From the NCBI GenBank assembly GCA_035934535.1, contig DASYXS010000165.1, positions 36 through 64,035 on the forward strand: a DNA stretch of 64,000 bases, written 5' to 3'. Position 1 is the stretch's first letter. Each line of letters begins with the position of its first letter. Positions 45,521 through 54,969 of this stretch are shown one piece after another. Both the position numbers and the translations under genes were made by a program. Source of the DNA: a bacterium. GTDB lineage: Bacteria; Sysuimicrobiota; Sysuimicrobiia; Sysuimicrobiales; Segetimicrobiaceae. Below the pieces are notes generated by a model. It searched no databases, had not been told where the DNA came from, and saw nothing but the letters and a program-made list of their open reading frames with translations.

Positions 45521-46752
45521 CGCCCGCGCCGCCGGCGGCGCCGGACGAGAGCGTCCCGGCGTCCGGCCCGCGCGGGCCGAGCCGCGAAGCCCCTCGGACG
45601 GCGGACAAGACGGTCCGCGGTCCCGCGTTCAGGCCCGTGCCGTGGTATCGTTCGTGGCGCGCGTACGCCGGACTGCTGATCGCGGTGCTGGTCTACGCGT
45701 ACGGATGGCACGTGACCCAGATTCGTCTCGGTGAACTGTGGCGCGGGGCGGGGCTCATCCGCCCGTTCGTGGCCGCCCTCGCCACGCCGGACGTCGCCGC
45801 GCGCGAGCCGGTCGTGCAGCGGGCCGCCGGCGCCTTCTATTACGGAGGCGAGGTACCTCCGCCGCAGCCCGGCGCGGCGGAGCCGTCGCTTCGTCTGTCC
45901 CGCACCTCGGGAGCCGTCGGCGACCACGTCACCGTCCACGGGGAGGGCTTCGGGCCGGACCGCGAGGGCATGCTGTGGTGGGAGAATCAGATCGGCCAGC
46001 GCCAGCAGCTCGGTCGGTTTCGAACCGACGCGCAGGGCGGGTTTGACGCGGCGATTACGGCGCCCGAGGTCCAGGGCACGCACAACCTGATCGTCGCCGA
46101 GGTAATCACGGGGTACGGTCCGTGGCGGCCGAGCCCGACGTTTGTCGTCGTGTTCGACCGGATGGTGGAGACGGTTTTTCTGGCCCTCATGGGGACCACC
46201 ATGGGTGTCGTGTTCGCCGTGCCGCTGTCGTTTGTGGGCGCGCGCAACCTGACCCGACAACTTCCCGCGGGCGGCGCGGTCTACGGGCTGACCCGGGCGT
46301 TGTTCAACATTACCCGCTCGATCGAGGCCCTGGTGCTGGCGATCATCTTCACGGTGTGGGTCGGGCTCGGGCCCTTCGCCGGCGTGCTCGCACTCGGCGT
46401 GCACAGCATGGGGACGCTCGGAAAACTATACTCGGAGGCGATCGAAAGTATCGACGCCGGTCCGATCGAGGCGGTGATGGCGACCGGCGCGACCACGCTC
46501 CAGGTGGTCCGGTATGCGGTGGTGCCCCAGATCGTGCCGCAGTTCATCGCCTTTACCATCTACCGGTGGGACACCAACGTGCGGTTCAGCACCGTGATCG
46601 GGTTCGTCGGCGGCGGCGGCGTCGGCTTCATCCTCATGCAGTACATCAACCTGCTGCAGTGGCCGCAGGCCGCGACGGCGCTGTGGATGATCGCCCTGGT
46701 CGTCGCGGCCCTCGACTACGCGAGCGCCGTCGTCCGCGAACGCCTCGTGTGA
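45517..46752 (+). CDS. phnE: phosphonate ABC transporter permease with a long N-terminal/extracytoplasmic extension
   Basis: GTGA overlap with phnC. The C-terminal ~220 aa form a PhnE-type permease core (EAIESIDAGPIEAVMATGA). An extra ~190 aa include an Ig-like stretch, GDHVTVHGEGFGPD. Confidence 0.78.
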   Translation: MTPAPPAAPDESVPASGPRGPSREAPRTADKTVRGPAFRPVPWYRSWRAYAGLLIAVLVYAYGWHVTQIRLGELWRGAGLIRPFVAALATPDVAAREPVVQRAAGAFYYGGEVPPPQPGAAEPSLRLSRTSGAVGDHVTVHGEGFGPDREGMLWWENQIGQRQQLGRFRTDAQGGFDAAITAPEVQGTHNLIVAEVITGYGPWRPSPTFVVVFDRMVETVFLALMGTTMGVVFAVPLSFVGARNLTRQLPAGGAVYGLTRALFNITRSIEALVLAIIFTVWVGLGPFAGVLALGVHSMGTLGKLYSEAIESIDAGPIEAVMATGATTLQVVRYAVVPQIVPQFIAFTIYRWDTNVRFSTVIGFVGGGGVGFILMQYINLLQWPQAATALWMIALVVAALDYASAVVRERLV

Positions 46753-47555
46753 ACCGGGGACCGGGCGGGGGCGGCCCCGCCGGCGTCCTGCGCGCCCGCG
46801 CGCTCGAGGCGACGGGCGTCGCGCGGGCCGTGTTCACGACGCGGCAGGGCGGGACCAGCGGCGGACCGTACCGCAGCCTCAACCTGTCCTATGCCGTCGG
46901 CGACGCGCGCGCCGCGGTCGACCGGAACCGGCGGCTGGCCGCGGCGACGCTTGGGGCGGAGCCGCGACGGTTGGTGGAAGCGCAGCAGGTCCACGGGGCC
47001 GCGGCCGCGGTGGTCGGTCGCGGCGACGTCGGCCGGACGATCCCGGCCGTCGACACCCTGCTGACGGCGTCTCCGGACGTCTGGCTCGCCGTCCACATCG
47101 CGGACTGCGTCCCCGTGCTGATGCTGGACCCCGGCCGTCCGGCGGCGGCGGTCGTCCACGCGGGCTGGCGCGGGGTCGCCGCAGGCGCGGTTCCGTCGGC
47201 GGTGGCGTGTCTCCGAGCCGCCTTCGGGTGTGATCCCGCCCGATGTCTCGTGGCGGTGGGGCCGGCGATCGGCGGCTGCTGCTACGAAGTCGACCGGCCG
47301 GTCGCCGAAGCGATGCAGGGGGCGTCGTGGTGGCCGCAGGCCGCCCGGCCGGCGGCGCCGGGGAAATGGTACCTTGACTTGAGGGCGGCCGTTCGCGCGC
47401 AGCTCACCGCCGCGGGAGTGCGGCCCGACGGCATCGAGGTGACGCCGGGCTGCACCCGATGCCAGCCCGACCTGTTTTTCTCCTACCGGCGAGAGCGGGC
47501 GACCGGACGCATGGCGGCCTGCATCCGGCTGTGCGGACGAGCCCAAAGGGAATAA
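46749..47555 (+). CDS. pgeF: peptidoglycan editing factor PgeF (YfiH/YlmD, DUF152 laccase-domain protein)
   Basis: FTTRQGGTS, QVHG, HAGWRG and CTRC..DLFFSYRR motifs. The GTG overlaps the phnE stop. Confidence 0.85.
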   Translation: MNRGPGGGGPAGVLRARALEATGVARAVFTTRQGGTSGGPYRSLNLSYAVGDARAAVDRNRRLAAATLGAEPRRLVEAQQVHGAAAAVVGRGDVGRTIPAVDTLLTASPDVWLAVHIADCVPVLMLDPGRPAAAVVHAGWRGVAAGAVPSAVACLRAAFGCDPARCLVAVGPAIGGCCYEVDRPVAEAMQGASWWPQAARPAAPGKWYLDLRAAVRAQLTAAGVRPDGIEVTPGCTRCQPDLFFSYRRERATGRMAACIRLCGRAQRE

Positions 47556-47594
47556 CGCCGCTTCGTCGAATACAGCGCCCGCCGGGAAGCCTCC

Positions 47595-48290
47595 ATGGCC
47601 GATCTTGCAACCAATGTGGCGGATGTGCGCGCGCGGATCGCGGCGGCCGCGGAACGTAGCGGCCGGCGCGCCGGCGATGTGTTGCTGGTCGCCGTGACCA
47701 AGACCGTCGACGCGGCGCGGGTGCGGGAGGCCGCGGTGCTTGGACTCCGGACGTTCGGCGAGAACCGGGTCCAGGAGGCGCGCGAGAAGATTCCGGCCGT
47801 GTCCGCCGTGTCCGGCGTGTCCTGGCACCTGATCGGCAGTCTCCAACGGAACAAGGCCAAGGAGGCCGCGCGGCTATTCGACGTCATCGAGTCCGTCGAC
47901 TCGGAGGCGCTGGCGGAAGAGCTGAGCCGCCGGGCCGCCGAGCAGGAGCGGGCCGTCGACGTGCTAATTCAAGTTAACGTGGCCCGCGAGCCGCAAAAGC
48001 ACGGCGCGTCGCCGGAGGAGGCGGCGGCGGTGGTGCGCCGGACGGCCGCTTTGCCGGGGCTGAGAGTGCGGGGACTGATGACCATCGCGCCCGCCGTCTC
48101 CGACCCCGACGAGGTGCGCCCTGTGTTTCGGGCGCTCCGCGAATTGAGGGAAAATCTACAACGTGTGCTCGGGGTCGCCCTTCCCGAGTTGTCGATGGGG
48201 ATGTCGGAGGACTTCGAAGTCGCCGTCGAGGAAGGCGCGACCATGGTCCGCATCGGGCGGGCCATATTTGCTGACCGCAGCCAGACATAG
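47595..48290 (+). CDS. yggS: YggS/YlmE family pyridoxal-phosphate homeostasis protein
   Basis: Contains LVAVTKTV (PLP lysine), FGENRVQE, WHLIGSLQRNK and SMGMSEDFEVAVEEGATMVRIG. Confidence 0.9.
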   Translation: MADLATNVADVRARIAAAAERSGRRAGDVLLVAVTKTVDAARVREAAVLGLRTFGENRVQEAREKIPAVSAVSGVSWHLIGSLQRNKAKEAARLFDVIESVDSEALAEELSRRAAEQERAVDVLIQVNVAREPQKHGASPEEAAAVVRRTAALPGLRVRGLMTIAPAVSDPDEVRPVFRALRELRENLQRVLGVALPELSMGMSEDFEVAVEEGATMVRIGRAIFADRSQT

Positions 48291-48295
48291 CCGGC

Positions 48296-48319
48296 AAGAC
48301 GCAGCAGAAGACGCAGCAG
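48296..48319 (+). repeat. perfect 12-bp tandem duplication in the yggS-sepF spacer
   Basis: AAGACGCAGCAG occurs at 48296-48307 and again at 48308-48319. Confidence 0.95.
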
Positions 48320-48345
48320 CGGACGTTCCACACCGGAGGCGACAT

Positions 48346-48747
48346 ATGGGCCGGGTCATGCAGCGGATGTGGCACTTTCTGGGCTTCGGCGAGCACGAGG
48401 AAGGAGGAGTACCGGCCGAGACCGCGCCGCCGCGGGCGCCGATTTTTCGCCTGCATCCCCAGCGGTCTTTGGAGATCGTGGTGCTCGAGCCGGGGCAATA
48501 TGAAGAGGCGCAAACCGCGGCCGACTACCTCAAGACACAGCGGCCGATCGTGCTCAACCTCAGGAACGCGCACAAGGACCTGGGGCGGCGCGTCGTCGAC
48601 TTCCTGAGCGGAGTCGCGTATGCGCTGGATGGGCACATGCACCGCGTCGGAGACGAAATATTCCTGTTTACACCCGCGCACGTGTCGATTACCGCGGAGC
48701 ACATCCGCGAGGAGGCGGCGCCCCAAGGGCTCTTCCCCGTCGAGTGA
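48346..48747 (+). CDS. sepF: cell division protein SepF
   Basis: GGAGG RBS at 48335-48339. Has an N-terminal amphipathic MWHFLGF and a C-terminal SepF core (IVVLEPGQYEEAQTAADYLKTQRPIVLNL...DFLSGVAYALDG). Confidence 0.88.
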   Translation: MGRVMQRMWHFLGFGEHEEGGVPAETAPPRAPIFRLHPQRSLEIVVLEPGQYEEAQTAADYLKTQRPIVLNLRNAHKDLGRRVVDFLSGVAYALDGHMHRVGDEIFLFTPAHVSITAEHIREEAAPQGLFPVE

Positions 48748-48813
48748 GCACGCGTTTCGCTATACTGAGAGGCGCCTGCATCGCGTGACGTCCGGATTTG
48801 GAGACCGCGCGGG

Positions 48814-49865
<1,052 letters not shown>

Positions 49866-49869
<4 letters not shown>

Positions 49870-51299
49870 AGCGGCCGTTCCGACGCAAGGCGCTCGCCGT
49901 CGTGGTGCTCGCCGCCTGGGCCGCCATCATGGCGCGGCAGCTCGCCCTGCACGACGCGACGTGGCTATCCGCGATCTTCTTCGCGACCGGGCTATACGGG
50001 ACGATGCTGATGGCCTTCGCGGTGTGGCCGCGGCGTGTCCCGGGGAGCGGGGACGCCTCCCCCGCGGGCCCGGCGGCCCGCCCGTTTGTCAGCGTCATCG
50101 TTCCGGCCCGCAACGAGGAGGACGTGATCGTCGATACGGTCCGGTGCCTGTGCGCGCTCGATTACCGGGACGCTGCGGGAACGGCGGCGTTCGAGGTCAT
50201 CGTGGTGGATCACCGCTCGACGGACCGGACGGGACAGGTCCTCGACGCCCTGCGCCGCGAGCTTCCGTTTACGGTCGTGCGCCCGTCGGTCGAGGACGGC
50301 GTCGGCAAGGCGGTGGCCCTCAACGTCGGGTTCGCCGCGGCGCGCGGCGAGGCGATCTGCGTCTTCGACGCCGACGCGCGGGTCGCGCCGGATTTTCTCG
50401 CGCGGCTGATTCCGCACCTCGCGCGGCCGGGCGTCGCCGGCGTGCAGGCCCGCAAACTGGTCTACGACGGCCGGGGCAGCCTCTTGATGCGCGCCCAGGA
50501 CGACGATTATTTCGTCTTCCAGACGTTGACCCAGCGCAGCCGGCACCGGCTGGGGGGCGCCGTCATCCTCACCGGCAACGGGCTCGTCACGCGCCGCGAC
50601 GCGCTCGAGGCCGTCGGCGGCTGGAACGAGGACGCCCTCACCGAGGACATCGATCTGTCCCTGCGGTACGCGCTGCGCGGCTGGACCGTTCACTACTGCG
50701 AGGACGTGGTCGTGTGGGAGGAAGCCGTGGCCACCTGGCGTGCGCTCGTGCACCAGCGCACCCGATGGTCCGAAGGCTCGCTGGGGTGCCTGTTCGAGTA
50801 CGCGGGCGCGATGCTGCGCGCGCCGGTGCCGTGGCGGAAGCGGCTCGATTTTCTCGTCTTTCTGTCGGGATCGCTCGTGCTGGGGCTCTCGATGATCGCG
50901 AGTTACGTGTTTCTCGCGGAAGATTGGTTCCTGAACCTCACGTCGCACCGGCTTTCGGTGCTGAACGCGTTCCCCGTGGCGCAGCACCAGCCCTGGTACG
51001 CGTACTACTGGATCGTGGTCATGCTCTCCACCGTGATCGGGATCGCGGTCGAGCGGTCCCGCACCCCCATCGAGGTGCTCATTACCTCGGCCCGGTACAT
51101 GCTCTTTGCGACGCACCAGATCGTCACGCTGCCGCTCGCGTTCTACCGGTTCGTCCGCAGCGTCTTTACCGGACGGATCGAGTGGATGAAGACGGAGCAC
51201 CGCGGCCTCGGCCTCCCGTCGTTTGGGAGCCGCATCTCGGCCGCGGAGCGGGGAGCCACGAGCCCGGCGGAGGCGGTCGCGGCGACATCCCCGCCGTAA
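49866..51299 (+). CDS. family 2 glycosyltransferase, processive type (membrane-embedded)
   Basis: ATGA overlap with mtnA. Contains VSVIVPARNEE, FDADA, TEDIDLS and the Q(R)xRW motif HQRTRWSEG, with flanking TM helices. Confidence 0.8.
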
Positions 51300-51362
51300 T
51301 CGCTTGACGGCGCGCGCGGGGCGATGCAGCCGCCATAGGCGGTGCTCCGACGCAGCCCTTAT

Positions 51363-51391
51363 TTGACGCTCCCTCCGGCCTGTGCTAGAAT
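51363..51391 (+). promoter_or_regulatory. promoter of the ileS T-box leader (TTGACG -35, TGcTAGAAT extended -10)
   Basis: TTGACG at 51363-51368, an exact 17-nt spacer, TG at 51383-51384 and TAGAAT at 51386-51391. Confidence 0.65.
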
Positions 51392-51397
51392 CCGCGG

Positions 51398-51675
51398 GAA
51401 CACGCGATGACGGAGGACCGCCGCCGTGCGGCCCGGAGAGCGAGCCGGGTCGGGTGAAAGCCGGTGCGGTGCCGGCGGCAGCGATCGCCTCCCGAGGTGC
51501 CGGGCCCAGGGGATAGACACCGAGGCCTCGCCGGTATCCCCCGATAACGGGATCCGGACCAGGCGTTCCGGCTCTGCCATCCGCCGAGCGCCGGTCCGAC
51601 CGAGTGCCGGGCCCGCAGGGGCCCGGAACGAGGGTGGTACCACGGTGACCCCGTCCCTTGCCGGACGGGGTTTTG
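51398..51675 (+). promoter_or_regulatory. T-box riboswitch leader, isoleucine specifier (AUC)
   Basis: K-turn-like ATGA/CGA at the stem I base (GGAGG 51413-51417 pairs with CCTCC 51489-51493). AG-bulge AGAGCG and distal loop GGTGAAAG are present. Candidate specifier ATC at 51484-51486, followed by a purine. T-box sequence AGGGTGGTACCACGG at 51631-51645 overlaps the terminator 5' arm. Confidence 0.8.
51648..51675 (+). terminator. intrinsic terminator of the T-box leader
   Basis: ACCCCGTCC (51648-51656) pairs with GGACGGGGT (51663-51671) in a 9-bp stem with a 6-nt loop, followed by TTTT. Confidence 0.85.
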
Positions 51676-51738
51676 TCATTCCGGGCGCGCTCTCGTAGCG
51701 CGGTCCCTAGACCGGTTCTAGATCGGAGGAGTTGCTCG

Positions 51739-54700
51739 ATGGTATTCCGGCCAGTCGATCCGCGCGCGGATTTTCCGGCGCAGGAGCGCGCCATCTTAGA
51801 CTGGTGGACGCGGGAAGGCATCCTGGCCCGCTACCTCGCGAAGAACCGCGACGCGGCGGCGCGCTGGTCCTTTCTCGACGGGCCGATCACCGCGAACAAT
51901 CCGATGGGCGTGCACCACGCCTGGGGCCGGACGTACAAGGACCTGTTCTGTCGGTACCACACCATGCTCGGCCACCGGCAGCGCTACCAGAACGGCTTCG
52001 ACTGTCAGGGTCTTTGGGTGGAGGTGGAGGTCGAGAAGGAGCTCGGATTCAAGAGCAAGCGGGACATCGAGCAGTACGGGATCGCGGAATTCGTCGAGCG
52101 CTGCAAGGCGCGCGTGCTGCGGTTCGCCGGCGTGCAGACGCAACAGTCGATCCGGCTCGGCTACTGGATGGATTGGGACAATTCGTACTATACGATGTCC
52201 GATGAGAACAACTACAGCATCTGGCTCTTTCTGAAGCGGTGCTGGGAGCGCGGCCTCGTCTACAAAGGCCACGACGTCATGCCCTGGTGCCCGCGGTGCA
52301 GCACCGGCATCTCCGAGCACGAGATCGTCACCGAAGGCTATCAGGAGGTGACGCACCTCAGCATCACCGCGCGCCTGCCGATCGCCGGGCGGGCCGGGGA
52401 GTATCTCCTGGTCTGGACGACGACGCCCTGGACGCTGACGAGCAACGTCGCCGTGGCCGCGCACCCGGACCTCACCTACGTCCAGGTGAAGGAGCGCAAC
52501 GGCGCGAGCTACTACGTCGCCAAGGACCGTCTCGAGGCCACGACGGCCGGCCGGGCGAAAGTCTCGGTCGTGCGCGAGCTGCCCGGGCGCGACCTCGTCG
52601 GGTGGACCTATGAGGGGCCCTTCGACGATCTCCCGGCGCAGCAGGGCGTGACACACCGCGTCATCCCCTGGACGGAGGTGAGCGCGGCCGAAGGCACGGG
52701 CCTCGTGCACATCGCCCCGGGGTGCGGCGCCGAGGACTTCGCGCTCGGCAAGGAGCACGGCTTGGCCGTGCTGGCGCCGATCGACGAGTTCGGCGTGTTC
52801 ACGGAGTCCTTCGGGCGCATGAGCGGCCGGCACGTCTACGAGGTCGCCCCGCTGATCAAGGACGACCTCGAGCGGCGCGGTCTCTTGTACGGCGCGGACG
52901 ACCACACCCACCGCTACCCGATGTGCTGGCGGTGCGGAAGCGAGCTCGTCTTCCGTCTCATCGACGAGTGGTTCATCGCGATGGACTCGCTGCGGGAGCC
53001 GATGATGGCGGTGACCCGGCAGATCACGTGGATTCCGGAGTTCGGGCTCGAGCGGGAGCTCGACTGGCTGCGCAACATGCACGATTGGATGATCAGCAAG
53101 AAGCGCTATTGGGGCCTCGCGCTGCCGATCTACGAATGCAAGGCGTGCGAGACGTTCGAGGTGATCGGCAGCGAGCAGGAGTTGAAGGCGCGCGCCGTCG
53201 AGGGCTGGGACGCCTTTGAGGGCCACACACCGCACCGGCCGTGGATCGACGCGGTGAAGATCCGCTGCCGGAAGTGCGGCGCCGTGGTCTCGCGCATTCT
53301 CGACGTCGGCAACCCGTGGCTCGACGCGGGGATCGTGCCCTTTTCGACGATGTTCTACCGCCAAGATCCCGCGACGTGGCGCGGGTGGTTTCCCGCGGAC
53401 TTCATCACCGAGGCGTTTCCGGGGCAGTACCGCAACTGGTTCTACTCCATGCTGGTGATGAGCACCGTGCTCGAGAACCGGCCGCCGTTCCTGACGTGTC
53501 TCGGCCACGCGATGGTCCGCGACGAGACCGGGCGCGAGATGCACAAGTCCTGGGGCAACATGATCGAATTCAACGACGCCGCGGAGCGGATGGGGTCCGA
53601 CGTCATCCGCTGGCTCTACGCGGTGCAGAACCCGGCCCAGAACGTCAACTTCGGCTACGGGCCGGGCGACGAGGTCCGCCGGCGCTTCGTCCTGCCGCTG
53701 TGGAACGTCTACGCGTTCTTCGTGACCTACGCGAACCTCGACGGCTGGACACCCGGCGGCCGGCTTGACTTACATGGTGGCCGGCCGCCTGTCGGCCGGC
53801 AGGAGGCGCCGCCGTCGCCGCTCGATCGGTGGATTCTGTCGCGGCTCGCGGACGTGATCGCCACCGTCCGGGCCCGGCTCGACGCCAGCGACGTCGCCGG
53901 GGCGGCGCGGCCGATCGAGCGGTTCGTCGACGATCTCTCGCTGTGGTACGTCCGGCGCGGCCGCCGGCGCTACTGGAAGTCGGAGGGCGACGCCGACAAG
54001 CAGGCCGCGTACGAGACGCTGTACGAGGTTCTCGTCACGCTGTCGCGCGTGCTGGCGCCTTTCGTGCCGTTCCTGACCGAGGCGCTGTACCAGAATCTCG
54101 TACGCTCGGTGGACGCGCGGGCGCCGGAGAGCGTGCACCTCTGCCCGATGCCGGCGCCGGACGAAGGGGCGCGGGATCCGCAGCTCGAGCAGGGGATGCA
54201 GCAGACGCGCCATCTCGTCTATCTCGGACGCGCCGCGCGGAACGAGGCGCGGATTAAAGTGCGGCAGCCGCTTGCGTCCGCCACGCTGCTCGACCGATCG
54301 GGTACCGTGGCCGGCCGCCCCGAGCTCATCGAGCTGTTGAAAGACGAACTGAACGTGCGCGAGGTGCGGTTCGCCGGATCGCTTGGAGACATCGGTCGTC
54401 TCGAGGTCCGCCCGCGCTTCGATCTACTCGGCCCGAAGTTCGGCGGACGCATCACCGCGATCGCGGACGCGCTGCGGGCGCAGGGCCCTTCGCTTGTCGA
54501 GCAGACCCCCGACGGCGAGCCGTATCGCCTACGGTTGCCGGGCGGGGAGGAGATCGTGCTCGAGCGCGCCGAGGTCGACGTGCGGATGCGGTGGCGCGAG
54601 GGCCGCGCCGGGGCGGGCGAGGGCGGCGCGTGGGCCGTCCTCGACACCACGGTGACGGAGGACCTCGCCCTCGAGGGACTCGCGCGCGAGCTCATCCATC

Positions 54701-54969
54701 AGGTGCAGCAAATGCGCAAACAGGCGGGGCTCGAGATCGCCGACCGGATCACCCTCTACTACGAAGGCGACGACCGGCTGCCGGACCTGATCCGGAAGCA
54801 CGGCGAGACGATCCTGCGCGAGGTCCTGGCGACCTCCGCGGCTGCGGGCGTGCCCGCCGGTGCGGCGCATACGAAGTCCGTGCGGCTGGATTCGCAGACG
54901 GTGACGCTCGGGATCGCGCGGCTGGAGGCGGCGGCCGTACGGCGGACGAAGCCGGGACCGGTGCAATGA
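51739..54969 (+). CDS. ileS: isoleucine--tRNA ligase (type 2-like, ~1076 aa)
   Basis: GGAGGA RBS at 51725-51730. Has a class I aaRS core with editing-domain and zinc-ribbon insertions (CPRCSTG, CWRCGSE, CKACE, CRKCG). A T-box(Ile) leader lies upstream. An in-frame repeat copy lies inside. Confidence 0.88.
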   Translation: MVFRPVDPRADFPAQERAILDWWTREGILARYLAKNRDAAARWSFLDGPITANNPMGVHHAWGRTYKDLFCRYHTMLGHRQRYQNGFDCQGLWVEVEVEKELGFKSKRDIEQYGIAEFVERCKARVLRFAGVQTQQSIRLGYWMDWDNSYYTMSDENNYSIWLFLKRCWERGLVYKGHDVMPWCPRCSTGISEHEIVTEGYQEVTHLSITARLPIAGRAGEYLLVWTTTPWTLTSNVAVAAHPDLTYVQVKERNGASYYVAKDRLEATTAGRAKVSVVRELPGRDLVGWTYEGPFDDLPAQQGVTHRVIPWTEVSAAEGTGLVHIAPGCGAEDFALGKEHGLAVLAPIDEFGVFTESFGRMSGRHVYEVAPLIKDDLERRGLLYGADDHTHRYPMCWRCGSELVFRLIDEWFIAMDSLREPMMAVTRQITWIPEFGLERELDWLRNMHDWMISKKRYWGLALPIYECKACETFEVIGSEQELKARAVEGWDAFEGHTPHRPWIDAVKIRCRKCGAVVSRILDVGNPWLDAGIVPFSTMFYRQDPATWRGWFPADFITEAFPGQYRNWFYSMLVMSTVLENRPPFLTCLGHAMVRDETGREMHKSWGNMIEFNDAAERMGSDVIRWLYAVQNPAQNVNFGYGPGDEVRRRFVLPLWNVYAFFVTYANLDGWTPGGRLDLHGGRPPVGRQEAPPSPLDRWILSRLADVIATVRARLDASDVAGAARPIERFVDDLSLWYVRRGRRRYWKSEGDADKQAAYETLYEVLVTLSRVLAPFVPFLTEALYQNLVRSVDARAPESVHLCPMPAPDEGARDPQLEQGMQQTRHLVYLGRAARNEARIKVRQPLASATLLDRSGTVAGRPELIELLKDELNVREVRFAGSLGDIGRLEVRPRFDLLGPKFGGRITAIADALRAQGPSLVEQTPDGEPYRLRLPGGEEIVLERAEVDVRMRWREGRAGAGEGGAWAVLDTTVTEDLALEGLARELIHQVQQMRKQAGLEIADRITLYYEGDDRLPDLIRKHGETILREVLATSAAAGVPAGAAHTKSVRLDSQTVTLGIARLEAAAVRRTKPGPVQ
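53761..53803 (+). repeat. palindromic repeat family copy D (43-nt short form), in frame inside ileS
   Basis: CGGCTTGACTTACATGGTGGCCGGCCGCCTGTCGGCCGGCAGG is 33/43 identical, ungapped, to copy E and to the reverse complement of copy J. It is translated as GRLDLHGGRPPVGRQ. Confidence 0.85.
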
